Source of the DNA: an uncultured Chloroflexia bacterium
GTDB lineage: Bacteria; Chloroflexota; Dehalococcoidia; UBA2979
Assembly (NCBI GenBank): GCA_963728205.1
Contig: CAVSIV010000001.1
Location: 1,056,001-1,120,000 of the forward strand
Length of the DNA stretch: 64,000 nt
Reading direction: 5' to 3'
Shown: piece after piece, positions 39,989-48,962 of the stretch
Layout of the letters: the number at the start of each line of letters is the position of its first letter
Numbering within the stretch: the stretch's first letter is position 1
Notes under the pieces: generated by a model
Told to the model about the DNA's origin: nothing
Seen by the model: the letters and a program-made list of their open reading frames with translations, nothing else
Database searches by the model: none
Translations under genes and position numbers: made by a program

Positions 39989-40007
39989 GGCAACGCCGGG
40001 AGCACCG

Positions 40008-40616
40008 ATGACGATGCCGCACCCCAATCCACGCCGCGCGACCGTCGACCGCGAGACCGCCGAGACGCGCATCCACGTCGAGCTCACCGTCGACGGCAGC
40101 GGCCGCGCCGAGGTCTCGACGGGCATCGGCTTCTACGACCACATGCTCTCGGCGTTCGCGCGGCACGGGCGCTTCGACCTGCGCGTCGACGCGACCGGCG
40201 ACCTCCACGTCGACGCGCACCACACGATGGAGGACGTCGCCCTCGCGCTGGGGCAGGCGCTCGACGAGGCGCTCGGCGCGCGCGCCGGCATCGTGCGCAT
40301 GGGCGATGCGCTCGTGCCGCTCGACGAGGCGCTGGTGCAGGTGGTGGTCGACATCTCCGGGCGGCCGTTCGCCGCGACCGCGTTCGACTGGGTCGGCGAG
40401 CGCATCGGCGACGCACCGACGGAGATGGTCGCGCACGTGCTGCGCTCGTTCGCGACGACCGCGAAGCTCACGCTGCACGCGCGGCAGCTCGCCGGCGCGA
40501 ACGACCACCACATCGCGGAGGCGACGATGAAGGCGCTCGGACGCGCGCTCGACGCCGCGACGGCGCTCGACGCGCGCATCGCCGGCGAGGTGCCGTCGAC
40601 CAAGGGGACGATCTAG
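40008..40616 (+). CDS. hisB: Imidazoleglycerol-phosphate dehydratase
   Basis: RETAET, TGIGFYDHML, DAHHTMED, NDHHIAE, VPSTKG. Confidence 0.96.
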   Translation: MTMPHPNPRRATVDRETAETRIHVELTVDGSGRAEVSTGIGFYDHMLSAFARHGRFDLRVDATGDLHVDAHHTMEDVALALGQALDEALGARAGIVRMGDALVPLDEALVQVVVDISGRPFAATAFDWVGERIGDAPTEMVAHVLRSFATTAKLTLHARQLAGANDHHIAEATMKALGRALDAATALDARIAGEVPSTKGTI

Positions 40617-40619
40617 CCG

Positions 40620-41255
40620 ATGCACCTGCTCCTCACCGGCTTCGAGCCGTTCGGCGGCGAGGCGGTCAACCCGTCGGGCGAGATCGTGCGGCTGCTCGCC
40701 GCCGACCCGCCGGCGGGTGTGACGGTGACGCCGCTCGTGCTCCCGGTGCGCGGTCGCATCTCGTTCGAGCGGCTGCTGCCGGCGCTCGGCGGTGACGTCG
40801 ATGCGTGGCTCGGGCTCGGGCAGGCCGGCGGACGGGCGCACCTCTCGTTGGAGCGCGTCGGCATCAACCTGCTCGTCGACCGCGGCGAGGCGCGCCCCGA
40901 CGAGAGCGCCGGGCCGGTCGAACAGGCGCTCGTCGACGACGGGCCGGCGGCGTACTTCGCGCGACTGCCGGTCGGGGAGATCGCCGCGCGTATGAGTGCG
41001 GCCGGCGCGCCGACTGCGGTTTCGAACACCGCCGGCGCCTACATCTGCAACGAGGTGCTGTACGTCGTGCAGCACCACCTCGCGATGACCGGCCGCGACC
41101 TGCCGAGCGGCTTCATCCATCTGCCGTACCTGCCCGAGCAGGTCGCGGGGAAGCCGCCCGGCACGGCGTCGATGGCGCTCGCGACGCAGGTGGTCGGGGT
41201 GCGTGCGGCGGCTGCGGCGATCGCCGAGCGAGCCGCCGCGGGGTATGCGTCATGA
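40620..41255 (+). CDS. pcp: Pyroglutamyl-peptidase I
   Basis: LTGFEPFGG, NPS, LERVGIN, AGAYICN, GFIHLP. Confidence 0.92.
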   Translation: MHLLLTGFEPFGGEAVNPSGEIVRLLAADPPAGVTVTPLVLPVRGRISFERLLPALGGDVDAWLGLGQAGGRAHLSLERVGINLLVDRGEARPDESAGPVEQALVDDGPAAYFARLPVGEIAARMSAAGAPTAVSNTAGAYICNEVLYVVQHHLAMTGRDLPSGFIHLPYLPEQVAGKPPGTASMALATQVVGVRAAAAAIAERAAAGYAS

Positions 41256-42322
41256 TCCTCCGGGCCGGCCACGAGATGACGCTGCCAATCCCGCAGACCA
41301 CGGCTGAGTTCACGCCTGCCTGGCTGGATGCCGCGCTCATGGAGGCGGGCGTCGCCGCTCCGCCGGTCCGCGCGCTCGCGTTCGAGCGGCTGCCGAGCAT
41401 CACGTCGGACGTCGCGCGCGTCCGCATCGAGTACGCGGCGGAGATGCACGGCGCGCCGTCGTCGCTGATCTGGAAGCGCTCGGCCGGCGACCGTGACCGA
41501 CGTCTCGCGTTCGGCGCGTCGTACGCGCAAGAGGTGATGTTCTACCGCGAGTTGGCGCCAGAGCTGCCGATCCGGCTGCCGGGCTGCCTCTGCGCGGACG
41601 TCGATCCAGTCAGTGGAGCGCACGTACTGCTGCTGGAAGACCTCGTGGACTGGCGAGCGACGTCTGCCGGGTCCGCGGTGACGCGGGACGAGGCGCAGCG
41701 GTTTGTGCGGGCCGTCGCGGGACTTCACGCAACGCGATGGGGCGAGGCGCCGGCGCCGCGAGCGACGGACCTCGCGCGCTGGGCTGCGTTCAACCGGGGA
41801 CAGCTCGCATCGGGCATGGAGTACCTGGACGCGTTTCTCGATGAAGAGACCCGACCCCTCGTCGCGCGCTTCGACGCGCGTGTGGACGAGGTGCTGGCGG
41901 GCTTGTTCGCCGCACCGCAGACGCTCACTCACGGAGATGCCCACCCCGGGAACGCGCTCTTCGAGCCGCGGCGCGGCGGCGACGTCGCGCTCGTCGACTG
42001 GCAGGGGTGGGGGTCGGGTATCGGCTGCTCCGAGGTCGCGCGGTTTCTTGTGCTCGGTCTCGCGCCAGCCGATCGTCGGGCAGCCGAGCGCGAGCTGGTC
42101 GACGAGTATGTCGCCGCGCTTTCGGCGGGCGGCGTCACGTACGCACCGGAGGACGCGTGGCGGCACTACTGCCTCGGTGTCGCGTGGCAGTGGGGCTGGG
42201 CGGTGAACTTCTCCCGCCACCGCGCGAACTGGAGCGACGAGACGCACGCGCTGATGCGCGACCTCGTGCCGCGCGCCGTGGAAGCGCTGCGCGACGCGGC
42301 CCGTACCGGCCTGCTCGACTAG
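41252..42322 (+). CDS. APH/ecdysteroid-kinase-like phosphotransferase
   Basis: EVMFY, LLLEDL, HGDAHPGN, DWQ; alternative start at 41276. Confidence 0.85.
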   Translation: MILRAGHEMTLPIPQTTAEFTPAWLDAALMEAGVAAPPVRALAFERLPSITSDVARVRIEYAAEMHGAPSSLIWKRSAGDRDRRLAFGASYAQEVMFYRELAPELPIRLPGCLCADVDPVSGAHVLLLEDLVDWRATSAGSAVTRDEAQRFVRAVAGLHATRWGEAPAPRATDLARWAAFNRGQLASGMEYLDAFLDEETRPLVARFDARVDEVLAGLFAAPQTLTHGDAHPGNALFEPRRGGDVALVDWQGWGSGIGCSEVARFLVLGLAPADRRAAERELVDEYVAALSAGGVTYAPEDAWRHYCLGVAWQWGWAVNFSRHRANWSDETHALMRDLVPRAVEALRDAARTGLLD

Positions 42323-42332
42323 ACTCGCGCGC

Positions 42333-43136
42333 ATGCCGGGGGAGCCCACCACCGCCGAGATGCTCGCCTTCGCGCTCGACCTCGCCGACGAGGCCGACCA
42401 CCTGACGACGCAGTACTACCGCGGCGACGCCGACGTGCAGGCGAAGGCCGACGGCACGCTGGTGACGCGCGCCGACAGGGACGCCGAGGCCTACCTGCGG
42501 CAGCGCATCCTCGGGCGCTTTCCGGACCACGCGATCCTCGGGGAGGAGGAAGGGTTCCGACCCGGCGCGGCGGGGTCGGCGCGCTGGATCCTCGACCCCG
42601 TGGACGGCACCCACAACTTCGCGCGCGGTATCCCCGTGTGGGCGACGCTGATCGCGTTCGAGCGCGACGGCGCGCTCGAGATCGGGGTGGCGTCCGCGCC
42701 GGCGCTCGGCACGCGCTGGTGGGCCGGCCGCGGCATGGGTGCCTACCGCGCGAGCCTGCCGGCCGGCGCCGAGGCGGGCGAGCGCATCCACGTGTCGGCG
42801 ATCGCCGCGGTCGAGGAGGCACAGGTCCTCTACGGGTCGTACCGGCTCACGCTCGACTCGTGGGGCGGCCGCGCCGACGGCCTGCTACGTCGCGCCTGGC
42901 GCCAGCGCGGGTTCGGCGACTTCTGGTCGCACTGCCTGGTGGCGGAGGGATCGGCCGAGGTGATGCTCGAGGGCCAGATCAGCCCCTGGGACATCGCTGC
43001 GCTGATCGTGATCGTCGAGGAGGCGGGCGGGCGGCTCACGGATCTCGCGGGGACGGCCACGATCGACGCCGGCCACTGCATCACCACGAACGGCACGCTG
43101 CACGATGAGGTGCTGCGTACGCTGAAGGGCGTGTGA
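42333..43136 (+). CDS. hisN: Histidinol-phosphate phosphatase (inositol monophosphatase family)
   Basis: LVTRAD, GEE, WILDPVDGT, RGFGDFWSHCLVAEG, WDIAA; at the end of the his cluster. Confidence 0.88.
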   Translation: MPGEPTTAEMLAFALDLADEADHLTTQYYRGDADVQAKADGTLVTRADRDAEAYLRQRILGRFPDHAILGEEEGFRPGAAGSARWILDPVDGTHNFARGIPVWATLIAFERDGALEIGVASAPALGTRWWAGRGMGAYRASLPAGAEAGERIHVSAIAAVEEAQVLYGSYRLTLDSWGGRADGLLRRAWRQRGFGDFWSHCLVAEGSAEVMLEGQISPWDIAALIVIVEEAGGRLTDLAGTATIDAGHCITTNGTLHDEVLRTLKGV

Positions 43137-43145
43137 CCGTCGTTC

Positions 43146-43337
43146 TCACACGTTAGGCGCGTGCCACCGCTTCCACGCAAGCACTGCAAACGTCACCACC
43201 GTCGCGGCCCAGGTGATGCCGAGCGCGAGAGACACGCCATGGCCCACGGAGAGGCTGTCGTAGTCGAGCACCTCCACCAGCACGGTGGCGAATCCGAGCA
43301 CGGTGGCGAGCAAACCCGCGAGGACGATGCCACGCAT
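43146..43337 (-). CDS. 63-aa two-TM hypothetical protein coupled to purS
   Basis: ATG overlaps purS stop (TGATG); two hydrophobic stretches. Confidence 0.55.
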   Translation of the reverse strand: MRGIVLAGLLATVLGFATVLVEVLDYDSLSVGHGVSLALGITWAATVVTFAVLAWKRWHAPNV

Positions 43338-43603
43338 CAGCCTGTCGTGGCCGCCTCCCGCACCTCGAACGCGAACGTCTCGATCACGGGGTTCGCGAGC
43401 AGTTTCTCGCACATGCCGCGCACCGCGTCCTCCGCGGCGCCCCGGTCCGCGGCCTCGACGGTGATCTCGATGCGCTTGCCGACGCGGACGGCCTGCACGC
43501 CGGCGAAGCCGAGGTTGTGCAGGCCGTCGCGCACCGCCAGCCCCTGGGGGTCGTTCACCAGCGGCTTCAGCATCACGTTGATCTGCGCGTGGTACGTGGC
43601 CAC
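43337..43603 (-). CDS. purS: FGAM synthase subunit PurS
   Basis: VMLKPLVNDPQG, VRVGK, LLANPVIE. Confidence 0.95.
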   Translation of the reverse strand: MATYHAQINVMLKPLVNDPQGLAVRDGLHNLGFAGVQAVRVGKRIEITVEAADRGAAEDAVRGMCEKLLANPVIETFAFEVREAATTG

Positions 43604-43621
43604 TGGGACTCCTTGGTGCAG

Positions 43622-43702
43622 GCCCTTCGACTTCGCTCAGGGCGAACGGAGAGCGGCGTACTGGATGGTGCGCTCGTCCTTCGGCTTCGCAGGACGAGCG
43701 GG
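43622..43702. repeat. Two related short palindromic repeat units between purC and purS
   Basis: GCCCTTCGACTTCGCTCAGGGCGAACGG (43622) and GTCCTTCGGCTTCGCAGGACGAGCGG (43676); 10-bp stem 43671-80/43691-700. Confidence 0.6.
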
Positions 43703-43712
43703 GGGAGAGCGC

Positions 43713-44618
43713 CTAGGGCAGCTCCGACCCCGTCAGCAGCCGGTACGCCTCGCTGTAGCGCTGCGTCATCGCGCTTACGACGTCGTCCGGCAGCTCCGGT
43801 CCCGGCGGCTGCTTGTTCCAGTCGAGGCCGTCGAGCCAGTCGCGCAGCGGCTGCTTGTCGAACGACGGCTGGTCCTCGCCCGGCTTGAAGCCATCGGCCG
43901 GCCAGAAGCGCGACGAGTCGGGCGTCAGCACCTCGTCGATCAGCGTGATCTCGCCGTCGAGCATGCCGAACTCGAACTTGGTGTCCGCGATCAGGATGCC
44001 GCGCTCGCGGGCCACCTCGGCGCCGTAGCGGTAGAGCGCAAGCGAGCGGAGCTTGAGCACGTTCGCCTGGTCGGCGCCGAAGGCGGCCTCGACCTCCTCG
44101 AAGGTCATCGGCGCGTCGTGCTCGGGCGGCTCGGCCTTCGACGTCGGCGTGAAGATCGGCTCGAAGAGCTGCTGGCTCTTCACCAGGCCGGCCGGCAGCG
44201 GGATGCCGCAGACGGAGCCGACCTTCTGGTACTCGCTCCAGCCGGACCCCGTGATGTACCCGCGGACGACGCACTCGACCTTCAGCACGTCGGCCTTGCG
44301 CATCACCATCGAGCGTCCGAAGTACGCCGGGTCCTCGACGCCGAACTCCTTCGCGTTTTCGCGGTCGAGCACGGCGACGAACGCGTTCGGGACGACATCC
44401 TTCGTGCGCTCGTACCAGAAGGCGGAGAGGCGCGTCAGGACCTCGCCCTTGCGCGGGACGCCGGTCGGGAGGACGACGTCGAAGGCGGAAGCGCGGTCGG
44501 TGGCGACGAGGAGCAGGCGGTCGCCGGGCAGCTCGTAGATGTCGCGCACCTTGCCGGAGTGGAGCTGCTTGAGCCCCGGGATGGCGGTGGTCATCACGAC
44601 ATCGGTCGACGTTGGCAT
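43713..44618 (-). CDS. purC: SAICAR synthase
   Basis: GKVRDIY, VECVVRGY, IADTKFEFG, DEVLTPDSSRFW, SFDKQ. Confidence 0.97.
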   Translation of the reverse strand: MPTSTDVVMTTAIPGLKQLHSGKVRDIYELPGDRLLLVATDRASAFDVVLPTGVPRKGEVLTRLSAFWYERTKDVVPNAFVAVLDRENAKEFGVEDPAYFGRSMVMRKADVLKVECVVRGYITGSGWSEYQKVGSVCGIPLPAGLVKSQQLFEPIFTPTSKAEPPEHDAPMTFEEVEAAFGADQANVLKLRSLALYRYGAEVARERGILIADTKFEFGMLDGEITLIDEVLTPDSSRFWPADGFKPGEDQPSFDKQPLRDWLDGLDWNKQPPGPELPDDVVSAMTQRYSEAYRLLTGSELP

Positions 44619-44681
44619 TGGGCGGTCTCCTCTTGAATCAGATCGGCACCCTGCCTGGTGCCGCTCGAAAGGTGGCGATCC

Positions 44682-45983
44682 TTACTCCAGCAGGCCCAGC
44701 CGCCGGTACGACGCGTCGACGTGCACCAGGAACGCGCGCGCGTCGAAGAGCGCGTCGAGCTGCTCCTCCGTCAGCCGGCCCATCACGTTGGGGTCCTTCG
44801 CCAGCAGGGTGCGCAGCGGGACTTCGTCGTGCCACGCCTGCATCGAGTTGCGCTGCACGATCTTGTACGCGGCCTCGCGGGTCAGGCCCGTCTCGATCAG
44901 CGCGAGCAGCACCTTCGACGAGAAGATCAGGCCCTGCGTGCGCTCGAGGTTGCGAATCATGCGCTCGGGGTAGACGACGAGGCCGTCCATCACCCCGGTG
45001 AAGATGTGCAGCATGTACGCGAGCAGGCCCGTGGCGTCGGGCAGGATGATGCGCTCGGCGCCGGAGTGCGAGATGTCGCGCTCGTGCCACAGCGCGACAT
45101 CCTCGAGGCCGGTGGTGGCGTAGCCGCGCAGCGTGCGCGCGAGGCCGCAGACGCGCTCGCACAGCTCCGGGTTGCGCTTGTGCGGCATCGACGACGAGCC
45201 GGTCTGCGCGCCCTCGGCGAACGGCTCCTCGGCCTCGAGGATCTCCGTGCGCTGCAGGCCGCGGATCTCGGTCGCGAACTTCTCGAGCGACGCGGCGACG
45301 CCGGCCAGCACGCTCAGGTAGTAGGCGTGGCGGTCGCGCTGGATGATCTGCGTGGTGACGGGCGCGACGGCGAGCCCGAGGCGCTTGCAGGCGTTCTCCT
45401 CGACCGCGGGCGGCACGGTGGCGTGCGTGCCGACCGGCCCCGACATCTGGCCGACGGCGATGTGCTCGCGCGCCTGCGCGAGCCGCTCCAGGTGACGGCG
45501 CAGCTCGTCGACCCAGATCAGCAGCTTCATGCCGAAGGTCGTCGGCTCCGCGTGCACGCCGTGCGTGCGGCCGATGCAGAGCGTCTCGCGGTGCTCGACC
45601 GCGCGGCGGATGACGACGTCGCGCAGCGTGCGGACCTGCGCGATGAGCAGGTCGATGGCGTCGATCATCTGCAGGCACGTCGCCGTGTCCCAGACGTCGT
45701 TGCTGGTGAGCCCGTAGTGGACCCAGCGCGACTCGTCGCCGAGCGAGTCGGCGACCGACCGCAGGAAAGCGGTGACGTCGTGATGGGTCTCGTCGATGTA
45801 CCGCATGATGTCGGGCACGTTGATGCGGGCGTGGTCGCGCACCTTGCGGGCGTCGTCGGCCGGCACGATGCCGGCGTCGGCCCAGGCCTCGACGACGGCG
45901 ATCTCGACGCGGAGCCACGTTTCGAACTTCCGCTCGTCGGACCAGACGGCGGTCATCTCGGGGCGCGAATAGCGGGGGATCAC
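44682..45983 (-). CDS. purB: Adenylosuccinate lyase
   Basis: [49 protein letters not shown]. Confidence 0.97.
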   Translation of the reverse strand: MIPRYSRPEMTAVWSDERKFETWLRVEIAVVEAWADAGIVPADDARKVRDHARINVPDIMRYIDETHHDVTAFLRSVADSLGDESRWVHYGLTSNDVWDTATCLQMIDAIDLLIAQVRTLRDVVIRRAVEHRETLCIGRTHGVHAEPTTFGMKLLIWVDELRRHLERLAQAREHIAVGQMSGPVGTHATVPPAVEENACKRLGLAVAPVTTQIIQRDRHAYYLSVLAGVAASLEKFATEIRGLQRTEILEAEEPFAEGAQTGSSSMPHKRNPELCERVCGLARTLRGYATTGLEDVALWHERDISHSGAERIILPDATGLLAYMLHIFTGVMDGLVVYPERMIRNLERTQGLIFSSKVLLALIETGLTREAAYKIVQRNSMQAWHDEVPLRTLLAKDPNVMGRLTEEQLDALFDARAFLVHVDASYRRLGLLE

Positions 45984-46175
45984 GGGCGCACCTCGGCCGC
46001 GCGGCCGTCGTTCCAGAGGGGGAGGGAGCTTGGTGGGCGCTTCACCCGGGGAGTCTAACGACGGCCGGGAAGGCGGGCAATTGCACGGGCGCCGACGTGC
46101 AATACTGCTGGTGCGGCCGCTAAGCGGATCCACTAAACTGCTTGTCGACACGCGGTGACGACCGAGGAGTGCGAG

Positions 46176-46418
46176 ATGGCACAGCGCGTCGTCGTGAGCT
46201 CTCGCAACCAGATCGCGGTCCCGTCGGCGGTCCGGCGGCAACTGGGCATCAAAAGCGGCGACCGGCTGCTCGTCGAAGTGCGTGATGGCTACGCGATCCT
46301 GATGCCGGAGCCCGCGCACTACAGCGAGCACCTCCGTGGGCTGCACGCCGACGTCTGGGCGGGCGTCGAGCCGCAGGCGTACGTGGTTCGCGAGCGTGAA
46401 GCGTGGCCGAAGGACTAG
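46176..46418 (+). CDS. AbrB/MazE-family antitoxin
   Basis: VSSRNQIAVPSAVRRQLGIKSGD; overlaps the PIN gene. Confidence 0.88.
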   Translation: MAQRVVVSSRNQIAVPSAVRRQLGIKSGDRLLVEVRDGYAILMPEPAHYSEHLRGLHADVWAGVEPQAYVVREREAWPKD

Positions 46419-46852
46419 CGGACGTTCTCGGCGGCCACGGTCGCGTTGGCATCGACACGGCGATCTTCATCTACCGGCTCGAAGGGCACTCGCGCCTGGC
46501 GTCGGTCGCCGGTGAGGCGCTGACGACGATGGAGGCGGGCCGCTTCGAGGGCATCACCTCTTCGTTGACGCTGATGGAGCTCGCGGTGCGTCCGCTCGCG
46601 CTCGGCCGGCCGGATGTCGCCGACGAGTACGACGTGCTGCTCGCGAACTTCCCGCACCTGTTGATGGTCGACGTCGATCGTCGCGTCGCGCGCCGGGCGG
46701 CCGAGCTCCGAGCCGCGCATCGACTGCGCCCCGCAGACGCGCTGCAGGTCGCGGCGTGCATCGACGTCGGAGCGACCGCGTTCCTCACGAACAATCGCGA
46801 CCTCCGGCGGATCGACGAGGTCGAGGTGCTGCTGCTCTCGGCGTACGTCTGA
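46403..46852 (+). CDS. PIN-domain (VapC-type) toxin
   Basis: IDTAIFIY, TLMEL, DALQVA, FLTNNRDL. Confidence 0.88.
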   Translation: MAEGLADVLGGHGRVGIDTAIFIYRLEGHSRLASVAGEALTTMEAGRFEGITSSLTLMELAVRPLALGRPDVADEYDVLLANFPHLLMVDVDRRVARRAAELRAAHRLRPADALQVAACIDVGATAFLTNNRDLRRIDEVEVLLLSAYV

Positions 46853-46868
46853 CTCCTGACCGGGCCCT

Positions 46869-47207
46869 TCAGTCGTTCGCGAACTCCTCGCGCACCGGCG
46901 AGAACACCTCGACCAGGCGGACGGCGTCGATCGCGCGGACATAATGCGACGCGTCGCCCGGGATCAGGTACGAATCGCCCGGGCCGAGCTCCGTCTCGAC
47001 GTCGCCGATGCGCATGTGCACGCGGCCCGCGTCGACGGTGCCGGCCTGCTCGTGCACGTGCGTGTGCTCGGGGACCTCGGCGCCTGGGCTGAGCGTGACC
47101 TCGACGAGCGTGAGGTTCGCGCCCGAGACGAGCGTGCGCCGCACGACGCCGGGGAACATGTCGACGGGGCGGGTGTCGGCGTACGGGCGGGTTCGGGGCT
47201 CGGGCAT
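46869..47207 (-). CDS. Cupin-domain protein
   Basis: PEHTHVHEQ, PGDSYLIPG..H, VFSPVRE. Confidence 0.85.
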   Translation of the reverse strand: MPEPRTRPYADTRPVDMFPGVVRRTLVSGANLTLVEVTLSPGAEVPEHTHVHEQAGTVDAGRVHMRIGDVETELGPGDSYLIPGDASHYVRAIDAVRLVEVFSPVREEFAND

Positions 47208-47227
47208 CACGGCGCTCCGCTCATGCG

Positions 47228-47911
47228 CTACTTCGCCTGGATGTCGACGCTCGCCTGGGCAACGACGCTCCCGTCGCGCGGGCTCGTGAACGAGGCAATC
47301 ACGCGCAGCCTCGGCGGCGCCCCGGTGGGGAGGTCGATCGTCGTCGACCACCAGCCCGGCATGCCGACGTCGGTGGCGATGTAGGTCAGCGGCTCGGAGA
47401 CGAGCGCCGGATCGGCCACGGTGCCGTCGGCGTTCACGGCGCGCACCTCGACGAGGACGTGGCTCTCGAACGAGCCGCCCGCGAACCCCCGCACCTCGAG
47501 TGGCGTGCCGGCCGGGAGCACGGCCCCCGGCGCCGGCGCGTCGATGCAGACGAACGGCTTGTCGACCTGCTCGGCCCACGGGTGATCCGCGGCGCAGGAC
47601 TGCGCGTAGCCCGCGGGCGGCGTCGGGCCGGCGGGCGCGGTCGCGGACGGCAGCGGCGGAAGCGTCGCAACGGCCGACGGCGTCGCTGTCGCCGTCTTCA
47701 CGGGCGTCGCGGTCCTGGTGCTCGGGGCCGTCGCGGTGGCGGTCGACGGCGCCGTCGGCGCGACCGTGGCCGGCGCGGTCGCCGTCGGCGTCGAGCCGCC
47801 GCCGCTGCACGCGGCGAGGAAGAGGAAGGCGGCGCCGACCGCGAGCGCGGCTGCCCGGGATCGCCTGCGCGGGTGGGTCACGGTGGACTCGCTCTCGTGC
47901 GGCGCCGCCAT
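47228..47911 (-). CDS. Lipoprotein with Thr/Pro linker and Ig-like (Gmad2-like) domain
   Basis: Lipobox LAAC; T/P/A-rich linker; IDAPAPG...VRGFA..FE; SPRDG. Confidence 0.65.
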   Translation of the reverse strand: MAAPHESESTVTHPRRRSRAAALAVGAAFLFLAACSGGGSTPTATAPATVAPTAPSTATATAPSTRTATPVKTATATPSAVATLPPLPSATAPAGPTPPAGYAQSCAADHPWAEQVDKPFVCIDAPAPGAVLPAGTPLEVRGFAGGSFESHVLVEVRAVNADGTVADPALVSEPLTYIATDVGMPGWWSTTIDLPTGAPPRLRVIASFTSPRDGSVVAQASVDIQAK

Positions 47912-47924
47912 CGCCTCGGGGTGG

Positions 47925-48395
47925 CTATCGGTTGCGCTGCTCCTCACGGTACGTCTCGAGCGCCGCCGCGACGTCGGCGTGCTTGAGCGCGAGGATCTCG
48001 GCGGCGAACACCGCGGCGTTGCGCGCGCCCCATGACCCGACCGACATGCACGCGACGGGGACGCCCGGCGGCATCTGCACGATCGAGTGGAGCGCGTCGA
48101 CCCCGCCCAGCGGCGACGACGCGAGCGGCACGCCGAGCACCGGCAGCGACGTGTACGCCGCGCACACGCCCGGGAGGGCGGCCGCGCCGCCGGCCCCGGC
48201 GACGATGATCTCGAAGCCGCGGTCCTTCGCGTTGCGCATGAACTCCGCGACCTTGTCGGGCGTGCGGTGGGCCGACATGATCTGCTGCTCATAAGGGATG
48301 CCGAGGCGCTGCAGCAGCTCGCCGCAGCCCGACATCGCCTCCTCGTCCGACTTCGAGCCCATCACGATCGCCACCAGGGGTGTGCCCGTCGTCAT
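47925..48395 (-). CDS. purE: N5-CAIR mutase
   Basis: MGSKSD, SAHRTP, AGAGGAAALPG, IVQMPPGVPV. Confidence 0.96.
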   Translation of the reverse strand: MTTGTPLVAIVMGSKSDEEAMSGCGELLQRLGIPYEQQIMSAHRTPDKVAEFMRNAKDRGFEIIVAGAGGAAALPGVCAAYTSLPVLGVPLASSPLGGVDALHSIVQMPPGVPVACMSVGSWGARNAAVFAAEILALKHADVAAALETYREEQRNR

Positions 48396-48415
48396 CGGTA
48401 CTCCATTCTGCTCCC

Positions 48416-48508
48416 GGCGAGCGGAGCGCCTTGGGGGGCGTTCCGACTGCGCACCGTTGTTCGCTCAGTCACCGGCCGAGTCGGAAGGCGGCACGCCTTC
48501 CGCTCGCC
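48416..48508. mobile_element. REPIN-like non-autonomous element (inverted REP pair) of the RAYT REP family
   Basis: GGCGAGCGGAGCGCC...GGCGTTCCGACT (48416-48448) and GAGTCGGAAGGCGGCACGCCTTCCGCTCGCC (48478-48508); the right copy differs by 1 nt from 53449-53479. Confidence 0.85.
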
Positions 48509-48533
48509 CGGATGTGCGGACGCGAGGCGCATG

Positions 48534-48962
48534 TTAGAACCGCGGCGCCATCGGGTCCGGGCCCAGCAGCAGCGTCGCGTAGCGGCGCGCGACGTGGTGG
48601 CGCTCGTGCAGGTCGCCGAACAGCGCGGCGCGGCCGCGCGACGGCTCGTCCTCCGCGGCGCGCGGCGCGACCTCGTGCGCGAACTCGCGGGCCGTCGCCT
48701 CCAGCTCGCCGCGCACCGGGTCGATCCACTCCTGCGGGATCTCCGTCGGCCGGACGTTGCGGATCACGAACTCGCGGTCGCCGGTCAGCGCGAACATGAC
48801 CGCCTCGGCCATCGGGCCGTGGGCGCCGCCCCACTCGGTGATGTAGTGCAGGCACGGCAGCTCGGCCGGCTGTTCGGGGAACGGGGGCAGCGCGTCGAGG
48901 TCGATGCGGCGCCGGCACTCCGGCATCGGGCAGCGCACTTCGGTCGTCATGCCGACGATCAT
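48534..48962 (-). CDS. Hypothetical protein (CPMPEC and PCLH, possibly metal-binding)
   Basis: ATG overlaps purD stop (ATGA); genome-like codon usage. Confidence 0.65.
   Translation of the reverse strand: MIVGMTTEVRCPMPECRRRIDLDALPPFPEQPAELPCLHYITEWGGAHGPMAEAVMFALTGDREFVIRNVRPTEIPQEWIDPVRGELEATAREFAHEVAPRAAEDEPSRGRAALFGDLHERHHVARRYATLLLGPDPMAPRF

Noticed and set aside
45984-46140. Purine, PRPP or ZTP riboswitch ahead of purB (or ahead of guaA)
   Set aside because: No recognisable aptamer consensus, and the guaA leader is too short
47640-47800. Low-complexity repeats in the lipoprotein (also the FtsK and UDG linkers)
   Set aside because: They encode ordinary Thr/Pro/Ala linkers
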